Part shown: positions 33,601 through 44,100 of the stretch, one piece after another | Position numbering within the stretch: the first letter of the stretch is position 1 | Layout: every line of letters starts with the position of its first letter | Assembly (NCBI GenBank): GCA_030740155.1 | Contig: JASLXV010000038.1 | Location: forward strand, 32,001 to 96,000 | Direction: 5' to 3' | From: Dehalococcoidia bacterium | GTDB taxonomy: Bacteria > Chloroflexota > Dehalococcoidia > Lucifugimonadales > UBA3495 | Length of the DNA: 64,000 nucleotides | The notes under the pieces: generated by a model | Databases searched by the model: none | Told to the model about the DNA's origin: nothing | What the model saw: the letters and a program-made list of their open reading frames with translations, nothing else | Position numbers and translations under genes: made by a program

Positions 33601-34434
33601 CTACCGCCTCCTGCCCCGGCGCATTATGAACCGGCTGCTGGCCTTCTTCTTCCGCCTGGTCTTATGGCCCAGAGTGGGCTTTCCCCAAGGTGACTTGGGG
33701 CCGGGCATTCCAATGGGCGAGCGGCCTTCACCGCCCCCGTGGGGATGGTCCACCGGGTTCATCGCGACGCCCCGAACCTTGGGGCGGCGGCCCAGGTGGC
33801 GGCTGGCGCCGGCCTTGCCCAAACTCTCATTCTTGTGGTCTGGATTGGATAGCTGCCCGATGCTGGCCCGGCAGTTCAACAGTATGCGGCGCATCTCCCC
33901 AGAGGGCAGGCGCACCAGCACGTATTCCCCTTCCCTCGACAGCACCTGGGCGCCGACGCCGGCGCTTCGCACCATCTGACCGCCCCGCCCGGGGGTCAAC
34001 TCTACGTTATGAACGACGGTGCCCGTGGGGATCGACCGCAGCGGCATGCAGTTGCCGGGGTGGATCTCGGAACCGACGCCAGACTGCACCCAACTGCCCA
34101 CCGTCAATCCCAGAGGAGCCAGGATGTAGCTCTTCTCCCCGTCGACATAGTAGATCAGGGCGATGCGGGTGGTGCGGTTGGGATCGTACTCGATCGAGAT
34201 TACGTGGCCGGGTACTCCATCCTTCATCCGCTTGAAATCGATGCGGCGGTACATCTGCCGCGGCCCGCCGCCCCGGCTCCGGGTGGTTATCCGGCCCCGG
34301 TTGTTGCGGCCGCCGTGCTTGGCCTGAGGAGATAATAGAGACTTCTCCGGCTTGCGCCGGGTGATCTCTTCGAAGGAGGGCCGGACCGCGTTGCGAGTCC
34401 CCGGAGTGACCGGCCTTAAGTTTTTCAGCGGCAT
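33601..34434 (-). CDS. rplB: 50S ribosomal protein L2
   Basis: [34 protein letters not shown]. Confidence 0.98.
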   Translation of the reverse strand: MPLKNLRPVTPGTRNAVRPSFEEITRRKPEKSLLSPQAKHGGRNNRGRITTRSRGGGPRQMYRRIDFKRMKDGVPGHVISIEYDPNRTTRIALIYYVDGEKSYILAPLGLTVGSWVQSGVGSEIHPGNCMPLRSIPTGTVVHNVELTPGRGGQMVRSAGVGAQVLSREGEYVLVRLPSGEMRRILLNCRASIGQLSNPDHKNESLGKAGASRHLGRRPKVRGVAMNPVDHPHGGGEGRSPIGMPGPKSPWGKPTLGHKTRRKKKASSRFIMRRGRRR

Positions 34435-34461
34435 GGTTGCATTCCTGCGATACTACTGGGC

Positions 34462-34746
34462 CTAGAGCCCTTCAATCAGGTTGATCCGGTCGCCGGTTTT
34501 CAGCGTGACCACGGCCTTCTTGATGTCCGGCTGTTTGACGGCACGGGGGCCGTAGCGTTTGCGCTTGCCGTGAATCTTGGTGATGTTTACGTCCATCACC
34601 GTTACGTCGAAATTGGTCTCCACGGCCTGTTTGACTTCCACCTTGTTGGCCTTGAGCGCCACCTGGAAGGTGTACTTGCCCGATTCCTGGAGAAGAGTGC
34701 TTTTCTCCGTGATGGTTGGTTTGATCAACACCTTGTGGATGTTCAT
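34462..34746 (-). CDS. rplW: 50S ribosomal protein L23
   Basis: PTITEKS, YTFQV, KKAVVTL. Confidence 0.96.
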   Translation of the reverse strand: MNIHKVLIKPTITEKSTLLQESGKYTFQVALKANKVEVKQAVETNFDVTVMDVNITKIHGKRKRYGPRAVKQPDIKKAVVTLKTGDRINLIEGL

Positions 34747-35529
34747 CTAGGCCCCTGCCTCCTCTTCGGAAGCCTGGTCCAAATCCGGGGAGGCTGCGGC
34801 TTCTTCCACCGCCTCAGCCACCGCAACGGCTTCATCCGGTTCCGGAGCTTCCGCCTCGGCATCCGCCGAAGCAATCCCCGCCTTCAGGGCCCGGCGCCCC
34901 CGTGCGGCCGCGACCAGGAACTGCTCGGCCCACCGGGCCGCCTCCAACGTGATTATAACGGTGTCCCGGCGCAGGAGTTCATGAGCGTTGAGCAGGCCGA
35001 CCGGGAGTGTCCAAATCTTTTGCAGGTTATGGGCAGCGCGGACCACCTTCTGTTCAGAACCAAGGGTCACCAACAGCGCCGAGCTGGAGATGCCCAGATT
35101 GTTCAGGAGTTCGACCATCGACCTGGTCTTGCCATCCACCCGGTCCATGCTGTCCAGGCAGACGAGCCGGCGCTGCCGGGCCTTGTCGGAAAGTACGCAT
35201 TTGAGGGCCAGGTGGCGCATCCGGCGCGGCAGCGCCTTGCGGTAGTCGCGGGGATGGGGTCCGAACACGACGCCGCCGTGACGCCATTGAGGTGACCGGA
35301 TGCTGCCCTGACGGGCGCGTCCGGTATGCTTCTGAACCCAGGGTTTGCGACCTCCGCCGGACACTTGGGCCCGGGTCTTGGTGTCGTGGGTGCCCTGGCG
35401 CCTATTGAGCTGATATATGACCAACGCCTGGTGCACCAGGGAGTGGTTCATGGGCACGTTGAAGACGGCGTCGTCCAGTTCAATCGTCTGGACGGTGTCA
35501 CCGTTCTGATTTCTTACTGGGACTTCCAT
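34747..35529 (-). CDS. rplD: 50S ribosomal protein L4 with acidic C-terminal tail
   Basis: RQGTHDTKTRAQVSGGGRKPW, GRARQGSIRSPQWRHGG. Confidence 0.97.
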   Translation of the reverse strand: MEVPVRNQNGDTVQTIELDDAVFNVPMNHSLVHQALVIYQLNRRQGTHDTKTRAQVSGGGRKPWVQKHTGRARQGSIRSPQWRHGGVVFGPHPRDYRKALPRRMRHLALKCVLSDKARQRRLVCLDSMDRVDGKTRSMVELLNNLGISSSALLVTLGSEQKVVRAAHNLQKIWTLPVGLLNAHELLRRDTVIITLEAARWAEQFLVAAARGRRALKAGIASADAEAEAPEPDEAVAVAEAVEEAAASPDLDQASEEEAGA

Positions 35530-35545
35530 GTCCTAGAATAACCCC

Positions 35546-36181
35546 CTAGTCGCCGGCCGGCGCCCGTTTATCGGTGCGTCGGATTTGAAGGAGTCCGTTG
35601 GGCGCCCCCGGGATGCCCCCTTTAACGAAGAGCAGGTTGCGGTCGGTGTCCACGCTGACCAGTTCCAGGCCTTTTACGGTAATTCGCCGGTTGCCCATGT
35701 GGCCGGCCATCTTCAGCCCTTTGAACACCTTACCCGGTGTGGTGCCGCCCCCGATGGAGCCCGGCGCTCGCGCCCGGTCCGACTGGCCGTGGGTTCGAGG
35801 CCCGCCGTGGAAGCCGTGCCGCTTCATCACGCCGGCAAAGCCCCGGCCTTTTGACCGTGCGATCACGTCGAGCTTTTCTCCGGGCTCGAATATTTCGACG
35901 CCGATGGTCTGCCCCACGTGAAACTCGTTAACGTCATCGGCCGAGACTTCACGCAGGTGGCGGCACTGCTGACTGCTTTTCAGGTGCCCGGCCAGAGGTT
36001 TGTTGAGCCGTTTGACCTCGCCAAACCCCAGTTGGACCGCCTGGTAGCCGTCATCTTCTTCGGTCTTGACCTGGGTCACTATGCAAGGACCGGCTTCGAT
36101 CACGGTGACCGGGACCACTCGGCCGTCTTCGCGGAAGACCTGGGTCATGCCTATTTTCTTGCCGAGAAATCCTCGGATCAT
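35546..36181 (-). CDS. rplC: 50S ribosomal protein L3
   Basis: [38 protein letters not shown]. Confidence 0.97.
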   Translation of the reverse strand: MIRGFLGKKIGMTQVFREDGRVVPVTVIEAGPCIVTQVKTEEDDGYQAVQLGFGEVKRLNKPLAGHLKSSQQCRHLREVSADDVNEFHVGQTIGVEIFEPGEKLDVIARSKGRGFAGVMKRHGFHGGPRTHGQSDRARAPGSIGGGTTPGKVFKGLKMAGHMGNRRITVKGLELVSVDTDRNLLFVKGGIPGAPNGLLQIRRTDKRAPAGD

Positions 36182-36217
36182 GTTGAACACCTGTGCCCTG
36201 GAGCTTGGCTCAAGGCT

Positions 36218-36274
36218 GCCTTAAAGCTTGCCTAAAGCTTGCCTAGAGTTTGCCTAATACTTGCCTAAAGCTTG
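36218..36274. repeat. Tandem 11-bp repeat (GCCTAAAGCTT, 5 copies) that includes the rpsJ stop codon
   Basis: gccttaaagctt gcctaaagctt gcctagagttt gcctaatactt gcctaaagctt. Confidence 0.8.
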
Positions 36275-36576
36275 ATCGAAATGTCCACTCCCGCGGGCAA
36301 GTTTAGCCGCGTCAGGGAGTCAATGGTTTTTGACGTTGGCTCCAGTATGTCGATGAGCCGTTTATGAGTCCGAATCTCGAAGTGCTCCCGAGAGTCCTTA
36401 TCGACGTGAGGGCCTCGGATCACGCAAAACCGTCTGATGCGGGTGGGTAGGGGCACCGGCCCGGCGATCCTGGCCCCCGTACGCTCGGCAGTTTCCACTA
36501 TCTGCCCGGCGGACAGGTCCAACATTTTGTGGTCGAAAGCCTTCAGGATAATTCGTACTTTTTGCCGTGTAACCAT
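36265..36576 (-). CDS. rpsJ: 30S ribosomal protein S10
   Basis: [35 protein letters not shown]. Confidence 0.98.
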   Translation of the reverse strand: MVTRQKVRIILKAFDHKMLDLSAGQIVETAERTGARIAGPVPLPTRIRRFCVIRGPHVDKDSREHFEIRTHKRLIDILEPTSKTIDSLTRLNLPAGVDISIKL

Positions 36577-36603
36577 CTTTACCCTAACGCCGCCCCGTCG
36601 CGG

Positions 36604-38700
36604 CTAAACAACGTTAACGATTGACTTCAGCACGTTCTCCGAGACCGGTTCGTAGTACCGGAACTCCATGGTGTAAGAGGCGCGACCCTGGGTTATCGAG
36701 CGTAGCGCCGTGGTGTAGGAGAAGGTCTCCCCCAGGGGCAGCAACGCCCGGACCACTTGCACGCCTTCCTCGCCCTCGATGGTCTTTATCTGCGCCCGCC
36801 GGGTGCCCAGGTCTCCCAGCACGTCACTCAGGAACTCGCCGGGAGTGACTACCTCCATGTCGGCGATGGGCTCCAGGAGTACCGGGGCCCCCTTCTTGGC
36901 TCCTTCGCGGATGGCCAGTATGCCGGCGTTTCGGAAAGACATCTCCGATGAGTCCACTGTATGGTAGCTGCCATCTACCAGGGTGATTTTCAAATCCACC
37001 AACGGATAGCTGCCCAAGGGACCGTTGTTAACGGCTTGGCGCACACCCTTTTCGACCGCGGAGATATACTCCCTTGGGATGGCCCCTCCGTGGATGGCAT
37101 TCACGAAGACTATCCCGCCGCCCTGCTCCAGCGGCTCCAGCTCCAGCCACACGTGGCCGAACTGTCCGTGGCCGCCGGTCTGCCGGACGAACCGGCCCTC
37201 GCTCCGGACCGGCTTGGTTAGCGTCTCCCGGTAGGAGACCCGGGGCCTGCCCACGTTGGCTTCAACGTTGAACTCCCGGCGCATCCGGTCCACCAGCACT
37301 TCAAGGTGCAACTCGCCCATCCCGGCGATGAGGGTTTGCCCGGTCTCGTCGTTGAAGCTGACCACGAAGGTCGGGTCTTCATCCGAGAGCTTGCGCAGGG
37401 CGTCGGTGAGGCGGTCCTGGTCGGCCCGGCTCTTTGGCTCGATCGCCACCGCCACCACCGGGGCGGGGAACTTGGGCGGTTCGAGCATGACCTGGTCCGT
37501 GAGGCCGCATATGGTGTCCCCGGTAAAGGTGTTCTTCAGACCCACGGCGGCGCAGATGTTGCCCGCGGTGACCTCTTCCAACTCCTCCCGGCGGTTGGCA
37601 TGCATGAGAAGCAGCCGCCCCATCCGCTCCCGCTGGTCCTTGGTAACGTTGACCACCGAGGCGCCGGACTTGACCGTTCCCGAATACACCCGCAAGAAGA
37701 CCAGGCGGCCGACGTAGGGATCAGTCGCCACCTTGAAGGCCAGGGCTGCCAGAGGTTCGTCGACGTCGGCAGTGCGAACGGCCGCCCGTTCGGTGCGGGG
37801 GTCGATCCCTTCCACCGGCGGTATATCCGCCGGCGATGGCAAGTAGCGGAGGACCGCGTCCAGCAGGGGGTGCACCCCTTTGCCGGAGGTGGCGGTGCCG
37901 CAGAGAACGGGCACCAACTGGCCCGTGATGGTGGCCTGCCGCAGCGCACGACGCAAGGCGTCCGCCTCTATCTCCTCGCCCTCCAGATACCGAATCAGCA
38001 ACGGTTCATCGGTTTCCACGATCTTCTCGATCATGGCCTGCCGGTACTGTCGGAAGGTCTCCTCGTACTCAGCGGGCAACGGGACCTGGGTCGGGCCGTG
38101 CCCGTTGGTTCCAATGTAGCTGGGGCCGGAGTATATAGTGGCCATGCCGCCGATAAGGTCGGCCACGCCGTGAAATTCCGCTTCCGCGCCGATGGGCAAT
38201 TGAATAGGCACCGGATTGCCCTTGAGGCGGCGGCGAATGGACTCGATGGTGCGCTCGTAGCTGGCCCCAACCCGGTCCATCTTGTTGACGAAACAGATGC
38301 GGGGCACGTTATAGGTGTCGGCTTGACGCCAGACGGTCTCCGACTGGGACTGGACGCCGGCGACGGCATCCAAAACGACGACTCCGCCATCCAAAACCCG
38401 CAGGCTACGTTCCACCTCGGCGGTGAAATCCACGTGCCCGGGGGTATCGATGATGTTTATCTGGTGGTCGCGCCACGATGTGCTGGTGGCGGCGGCGGTA
38501 ATGGTTATTCCCCGCTCTCGCTCTTGGGGCATCCAGTCCATGATGGTGGTGCCCTCGTCCACTTCCCCGGCCCGGTGAATCCGGCCGGTGATATACAGCA
38601 CCCGCTCGGTCACGGTGGTCTTGCCGGCGTCGATGTGGGCAATGAACCCGATATTGCGAATCTTGGTAAGGTGGGAATTCTTATTCATAATATATGCCAC
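36604..38700 (-). CDS. fusA: Elongation factor G
   Basis: IRNIGFIAHIDAGKTT, ERERGITI, DTPGHVDF, NKMDR, GMGELHL, QTGGHGQFG. Confidence 0.97.
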   Translation of the reverse strand: MAYIMNKNSHLTKIRNIGFIAHIDAGKTTVTERVLYITGRIHRAGEVDEGTTIMDWMPQERERGITITAAATSTSWRDHQINIIDTPGHVDFTAEVERSLRVLDGGVVVLDAVAGVQSQSETVWRQADTYNVPRICFVNKMDRVGASYERTIESIRRRLKGNPVPIQLPIGAEAEFHGVADLIGGMATIYSGPSYIGTNGHGPTQVPLPAEYEETFRQYRQAMIEKIVETDEPLLIRYLEGEEIEADALRRALRQATITGQLVPVLCGTATSGKGVHPLLDAVLRYLPSPADIPPVEGIDPRTERAAVRTADVDEPLAALAFKVATDPYVGRLVFLRVYSGTVKSGASVVNVTKDQRERMGRLLLMHANRREELEEVTAGNICAAVGLKNTFTGDTICGLTDQVMLEPPKFPAPVVAVAIEPKSRADQDRLTDALRKLSDEDPTFVVSFNDETGQTLIAGMGELHLEVLVDRMRREFNVEANVGRPRVSYRETLTKPVRSEGRFVRQTGGHGQFGHVWLELEPLEQGGGIVFVNAIHGGAIPREYISAVEKGVRQAVNNGPLGSYPLVDLKITLVDGSYHTVDSSEMSFRNAGILAIREGAKKGAPVLLEPIADMEVVTPGEFLSDVLGDLGTRRAQIKTIEGEEGVQVVRALLPLGETFSYTTALRSITQGRASYTMEFRYYEPVSENVLKSIVNVV

Positions 38701-38721
38701 CTGGGTACGCCCCAGGGTGAT

Positions 38722-39192
38722 CTACCCTCTATAGTGGACGAAGGCCCGGTTGGCCTCGGCCATTCTGTGCAGTTCATCCTTACGGCGCACCGCCGCCCCT
38801 TCACCTTTGGAAGCCTCCAGGAGTTCTTGGGCCAGTCCGTTGCGCATTGGCATCCCTTTGCGAGCCCTGGCCCCCCGGATCAGCCATCGCATGGCTAGGG
38901 CCTCGCTGCGGCCGACGCGGAGTTCCGTTGGAACCTGGTATGTGGCCCCGCCCACGCGTTTGGGCTTCACCTCAACCAGGGGAGTGGCGTTCTTGATAGC
39001 CAACTGGAATATCTCCAGGGGCTCCCGGTTGGACTGATCCCGGATGATGTCGAAGGCCTTATAGATGATGCGTTGGGCCGTCGTCTTCTTGCCCCGCTGC
39101 ATCACCCTGTTGATGAACCGGGCCAACTCCTGGTTGTTGTATTGCGGATCCGGAGGAACTAGCCTCCGCTCTGCGCGTCTTCGCCTAGACAT
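38722..39192 (-). CDS. rpsG: 30S ribosomal protein S7
   Basis: GKKTTA, RVGGATYQVP, HRMAEANRAF. Confidence 0.98.
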   Translation of the reverse strand: MSRRRRAERRLVPPDPQYNNQELARFINRVMQRGKKTTAQRIIYKAFDIIRDQSNREPLEIFQLAIKNATPLVEVKPKRVGGATYQVPTELRVGRSEALAMRWLIRGARARKGMPMRNGLAQELLEASKGEGAAVRRKDELHRMAEANRAFVHYRG

Positions 39193-39257
39193 AAACCATC
39201 ACATCTTAGCTCAGTCCTGGTGGGGAACCGAGGAAATTGAAGGCCTTGGAAACCCGG

Positions 39258-39680
39258 TTAGCTGCTGGCGCGGGGCTTGTCAGCTCCGTACTTGCTGCGT
39301 CCCCGGCGGCGGTTCTGCACACCTTCACAGTCAAGGGCGCTGCGGACCACGTGATAGCGGACACCCGGCAGGTCCTTCACTCGGCCACCCCGGATCAGGA
39401 CTACCGAGTGCTCTTGAAGGTTGTGGCCGACGCCACCGATGTACGCGGTAACCTCAACCCCGTTGGTCAGCCTTACCCGGGCTATCTTGCGAAGCGCCGA
39501 GTTGGGTTTCTTAGGAGTCATCGTCCGCACTTGAATGCAGACGCCCCGCCTCTGAGGACATCCGGGACCCCACTTGACGCGGTTGCGCAAGGAGTTCTGC
39601 ACCCAATGCATCGCGGGAGCCTTGGTCTTTTTACGGACCGGCTTGCGACCCTTCCTGATAAGTTGGTTAACAGTGGGCAT
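39258..39680 (-). CDS. rpsL: 30S ribosomal protein S12
   Basis: [36 protein letters not shown]. Confidence 0.98.
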   Translation of the reverse strand: MPTVNQLIRKGRKPVRKKTKAPAMHWVQNSLRNRVKWGPGCPQRRGVCIQVRTMTPKKPNSALRKIARVRLTNGVEVTAYIGGVGHNLQEHSVVLIRGGRVKDLPGVRYHVVRSALDCEGVQNRRRGRSKYGADKPRASS

Positions 39681-39717
39681 AGAACGACTCCGCTGGTCAA
39701 GTAGACAGCAATATAGA

Positions 39718-39746
39718 ATTCTAGCAACCACGCCAGATATTGTCAA
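39718..39746 (-). promoter_or_regulatory. sigma70 promoter of the str/S10 operon
   Basis: TTGACA-17bp-TAGAAT on the minus strand. Confidence 0.75.
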
Positions 39747-39905
39747 CTTGAATTCCGGCGATCCAGAGACGAATCACGGTTACCGGGGGAATCGTCCGTT
39801 GACCTTCGATTCCCTTCCATCTACGGCTTCATTTACGGCGGCCCAAGCCGGCGCCGGCCCGGCCCGGGAAACGGCTCCCCAGAATCTGGGACAAGCCGGT
39901 GTTGC

Positions 39906-39934
39906 TTGACAACCCTGGAGTGTGAGGATACAGT
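39906..39934 (+). promoter_or_regulatory. Putative sigma70 promoter upstream of the cobalamin riboswitch
   Basis: TTGACA-17bp-TACAGT. Confidence 0.6.
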
Positions 39935-40004
39935 ATGTCCCAATCTGGCGGCAAGCCTTCTCGCGGGTAATTCCCGCCGCCATACATTAACAACTGAAAA
40001 GCCC

Positions 40005-40171
40005 ACCCGAGGCACCGTTACGGTTTAATAGGGAAGGCGGTGAAAAGCCGCCGCGGTTGCGCCACTGTATGCGGAGGGTAGGCCGACGATGAACCACTGC
40101 TGTACCGCGAAGCGCGGATGGCGGGAAGGGGTCGGCCAACCGGGTTCCGTGAGTCAGGAGACCTGCCCGGG
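40005..40171 (+). ncRNA. Cobalamin riboswitch
   Basis: AATAGGGAA..GGTGAAA..CC..GCCACTGTA...CCACTG...GGGAAGG...GAGTCAGGAGACCTGCC (B12 box); upstream of cob/cbt genes. Confidence 0.93.
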
Positions 40172-40262
40172 ATGGGGGAGCTCAACTCTGCGCCAAACAG
40201 AAAGGTTCCTCTTGGGAATACTGCGCCCAGTATCACCCATGAAACTTATAGAAGTAAACTCG

Positions 40263-40299
40263 ACCCCTGGCCAGAGCAGAGCCAGGGGTTTTTGATTTT
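40263..40299 (+). terminator. Intrinsic terminator downstream of the cobalamin riboswitch
   Basis: ACCCCTGGC-loop-GCCAGGGGT followed by TTTTGATTTT. Confidence 0.8.
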
Positions 40300-40419
40300 G
40301 ACGGGGGCACGAAGAAGCAGCCGGTTTGGGCAGCCGGGTTAGACCAACGGAGAACCCCCGTGGAGCCGTGGGACTTGCCCACGGCAAGGGACGCTGATGA
40401 GCCTGTATTGCCAAGTCGA

Positions 40420-41148
40420 ATGCCGCTGCCGGTGGCCCAGATGACCACGGGTGGCAGCGCGGTGTCGGTTACGGTGGTGGCGGTCGGCCCCGGGGACGGC
40501 CGCCTGCTGACCTTGCGGGGTCAGCAGGTCCTGCGGGAGGCCGGCCTGGTGGCGGGGTTCAACACGGTGCTGGACGTGGTCCGGCCCTGGCTGGACCATG
40601 CCGAGGTGTGCCCCATGAGCTACCGGGATCAAGAAGAGGTCCTGGAGTATGCCGTGGGCCAGGCCCGGAAGGGCCGGCGCTGTGTTGTTTGCTGCTGGGG
40701 CGATCTGAACGTGTCGGCCCGGGAGTTGCTGGAACGCGTCAAGGGCCGGGTCGACAACGTGGAACTGGTACCGGGCATCAGCTCGGTGCAGGTGGCCTGC
40801 GCCCGATCGGGCATATCCCTCGAGGACGCGCTGTTCATCACCCTCCACAAGCGCGGGGACACCGGAGGCGACCTGGACGAGCTGGAGCACTACCTCCGCG
40901 AGGGACGCCGCCACGTGATCCTGATTCCCCGGCCCTGGGACTTGATGCCCGCCGCCATCGCCAAGCGACTTCTGGAGTCCGGCATTTCTGGTCAGCGCTC
41001 GGTGACCGTCTACCAACGCCTCTCCCTGGACGGCGAACAGCGGTGGGACGGCGCGTTGGACGAGTGCGCCGCCGTTGCGGAGGAATTCAGCGATCTGACG
41101 ATGATGGTATTTTGGCAGGCCCAGCCGGCCGCCGACGGTCCGCGGTGA
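40420..41148 (+). CDS. cbiE: Precorrin-6Y/cobalt-precorrin-7 C5-methyltransferase, CbiE-like
   Basis: VAVGPGD, WGDLNVS, VPGISSVQVACAR, ITLHKRG, YQRLSLDGEQ; start uncertain (40360/40420/40441). Confidence 0.8.
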   Translation: MPLPVAQMTTGGSAVSVTVVAVGPGDGRLLTLRGQQVLREAGLVAGFNTVLDVVRPWLDHAEVCPMSYRDQEEVLEYAVGQARKGRRCVVCCWGDLNVSARELLERVKGRVDNVELVPGISSVQVACARSGISLEDALFITLHKRGDTGGDLDELEHYLREGRRHVILIPRPWDLMPAAIAKRLLESGISGQRSVTVYQRLSLDGEQRWDGALDECAAVAEEFSDLTMMVFWQAQPAADGPR

Positions 41149-41157
41149 GAGTGACCC

Positions 41158-44100
41158 GTGGCTGATCTGAAGACCATACTGTTCGTCACCACCGCCGACA
41201 CGGACCTGCTAACCGCCGACCGCGCGCTGGCCGGTATCTCTCTCCCCGGCTTCCCCCAGGTGCGGGCCTTCAACCCCGCCGCGCTCAGCACCCCGGAGGC
41301 CCGAGACGAGCTGCTCCGCGCCGCGGGCCAGGCCAGCGTGGTGCTGCTGCGCTTGCTGGGCGGGAAACGGGCCATGCCCGAAACCTTCGAGCCGCTGGTC
41401 CAGGTCTGCCGTTCCCGGAAGGTGCCCCTGATCGCCTGCCCCGGACACGAGGAGTGGGATGAGGACCTGGTGGCCGCCTGCTCGGCGCCGGCGGCAGAGG
41501 TGGAGACTGTTTTTTCCTACCTGATGCGCGGCGGCGTCCGCAACATCAGGCACCTCTTTCTTTTCCTCAGCGATACCTACCTGGGGACCGGCTTCGGCGC
41601 AGAGGCCCCGGCGCCCCTGCCCTGGGAGGGCATCTATCATCCCGACGTAATCGGGGAAATCGATGTTGAGGCCTTCGAGCGGCAACGCTTTCAGCCGGGG
41701 CGGCCTGGCGTCGCCGTTCTCTTCTACCGGGCCCACTGGATGAGCGGAAACCTGCAGGGCGTGGACGCCCTGATCCGCCGGCTGGAGACCCTTGGCGCCA
41801 ACGTGTTGCCGGTGTTTTCCTACAGCCTGAAACACAGTCCCGAGGGCGACGGACAGGCGCTCCGGACTTTCTCCGAGTTCCTTTCCCGCCCCGACGGCTC
41901 GCCTCGGGTCGACTGCGTGATCAACACCATGGGCATGGCGATGGGGGAGTTGAGCAAAGAGGGGCCCACCATCGCCTCCGGATGGGCGGCAGCCCATCTG
42001 GAGCGGCTGAACGTGCCCATCATCCAGGGCATCGTCAGCACCGGGACCGAGGAAGCTTGGCAGGAAAGCTCCCTGGGGTTGGGCCCCATCGACACGGCGA
42101 TGAGCGTGGCCCTGCCGGAGTTCGACGGGCGCATCATCTCGGTCCCCATATCGTTTAAAGAAGAGAGCGGCGCCCCGCAGTCCAGCCGGATGGACGCACG
42201 GTTGCAGCGGTACATGCCCCGGGAAGACCGGGTGGACCATGTGGCTCGGCTGGCCATCAAGTGGGCCGGCCTTCGCTCGAAACCCAACTCCGAGAAACGC
42301 GTCGCCATCATGTTGAGCAACTACCCCACCAAAGACGCCCGGATCGGCAACGCCGTGGGCCTCGATACCCCGGCCTCAGTGGTTCGCCTTCTCCACGCGC
42401 TCAAATGGGCCGGGTACCACGTGACCGGTATTCCCGAAAGCGGCGACGCCCTGGTGCATAGCATCGTAGAGCGATGCAGCAACGACCAGGACTCCCTGAC
42501 CGAAGAGCAGCTCCGGCTGGCCGTGGGCCACGTGGAGGCCCGTCAATATGGGCAGTGGTTCCAGGGCTTCCCGGATACGGTCAAAGAGGAACTCCTGGAG
42601 GCCTGGGGCGAGCCGCCGGGACAGGTATACCGCACCAACGGCCGCCTGGCCGTGGCCGGCATCGAGTTGGGCAACGTTTTCGTCGGCCTCCAGCCGCCAC
42701 GGGGGTTCGGGCAAAACCCGATAGCCATCTACCACAGCCCCGATCTACCGCCCACCCACCACTATATTGCCTACTACCGGTGGATCCGGGACGTGTTTCG
42801 GGCCGACGCCATGGTCCATGTGGGCAAGCATGGCACCCTGGAATGGCTGCCCGGCAAAGGCATCGGCCTGTCCGCCGCCTGCTACCCCGAGCTAGCCCTT
42901 CAGGACCTGCCCCTATTCTATCCATTCATCATCAACGACCCCGGTGAGGGCGCCCAGGCCAAACGGCGCGCCCACGCCACCATCATCGACCACCTAATTC
43001 CCGCTATGACCACCGCCGACAGCTACGGCGACATCGCCCGGCTGGAGCAACTGCTGGACGAGCACTACCAGTGCCAGACCCTGGACCCGGCCAAGCTTCC
43101 CCTCTTGGAAGCCCAGATATGGGAGCTGATCGAGCAGGCGGAGCTGCACCGGGACCTGGGGGTGAACTCCCAACCCGATGACTTCGCCCAGTTCATTCTG
43201 GAGATCGACGGCTACATCTGCGAGCTGAAGGATGCCCAGATCAAAGACGGCCTCCATACCCTAGGCGAGGTGCCCCAAGGCGAGCAGCTCGTCGGGCTGC
43301 TCAGCTCCTTGAGCCGCCTGGATAGCAGCGTAGTGCCCAGTCTGAGAAGGTCGTTGGCCGAGGCGCTGGGGCTGGACTACGACGGTCTCCTGTCCGACCC
43401 GGGCCTTCCCTTGGAAGGTGAAGTATCCCCGGTCCTGGCCCGCTTGGAGCAAGACGGTCCGGTGCGGACTCGCGGCGACGTGGTGGAGCGTTTGGAGCTG
43501 CTGGGCCGGCGGGCTTACAGCGAGCTGTTAGACCGGGACTTTGCGCCGGAACAGGTACCGCAAGTGGTCGCCGGGCTTCTGGATAAACCCGATCCCCAGA
43601 CGGAGATGGTGTTGACCTACGCGGCGCAGACCGTCTATCCGGCTCTGCTGCGGACCACCGATGAGATAGATAACCTGCTCCGGGGGCTGGAGGGTCAATT
43701 CGTTCCGGCCGGCCCCAGCGGGGCGCCCACCCGTGGCATGGCCAACATCCTGCCCACGGGCCGAAACTTCTACTCGGTGGACCCGAGAACGATCCCCTCT
43801 CCCGCCGCCTGGGAGACGGGGAAGAGGCTGGCCGAGGCGCTGCTGGAAAAGTATCTGAAGGAGGAAGGCTCTTACCCGGAGATGGTCGGGCTGGTGGTCT
43901 GGGGGACGTCGGCAATGCGAACCCATGGGGACGACATCGCCCAGATCCTTCACCTTCTCGGAGTCCGGCCCATTTGGCAACCGGAGAGCCGCCGGGTCAT
44001 GGGTTTGGAGCCCATCCCGTTGGCCGAGTTGGGGCATCCGCGTATCGACGTTACCGTGCGGATCAGCGGCTTCTTCCGGGACGCCTTCCCCAACTTGATC

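Noticed and set aside
39258..39680. Streptomycin-resistance allele in rpsL
   Set aside because: The PKKPNSA and RVKDLPG motifs are wild type
40018..40448. Short ORFs upstream of cbiE as leader peptides
   Set aside because: They overlap the cobalamin riboswitch and terminator, which already explain the region
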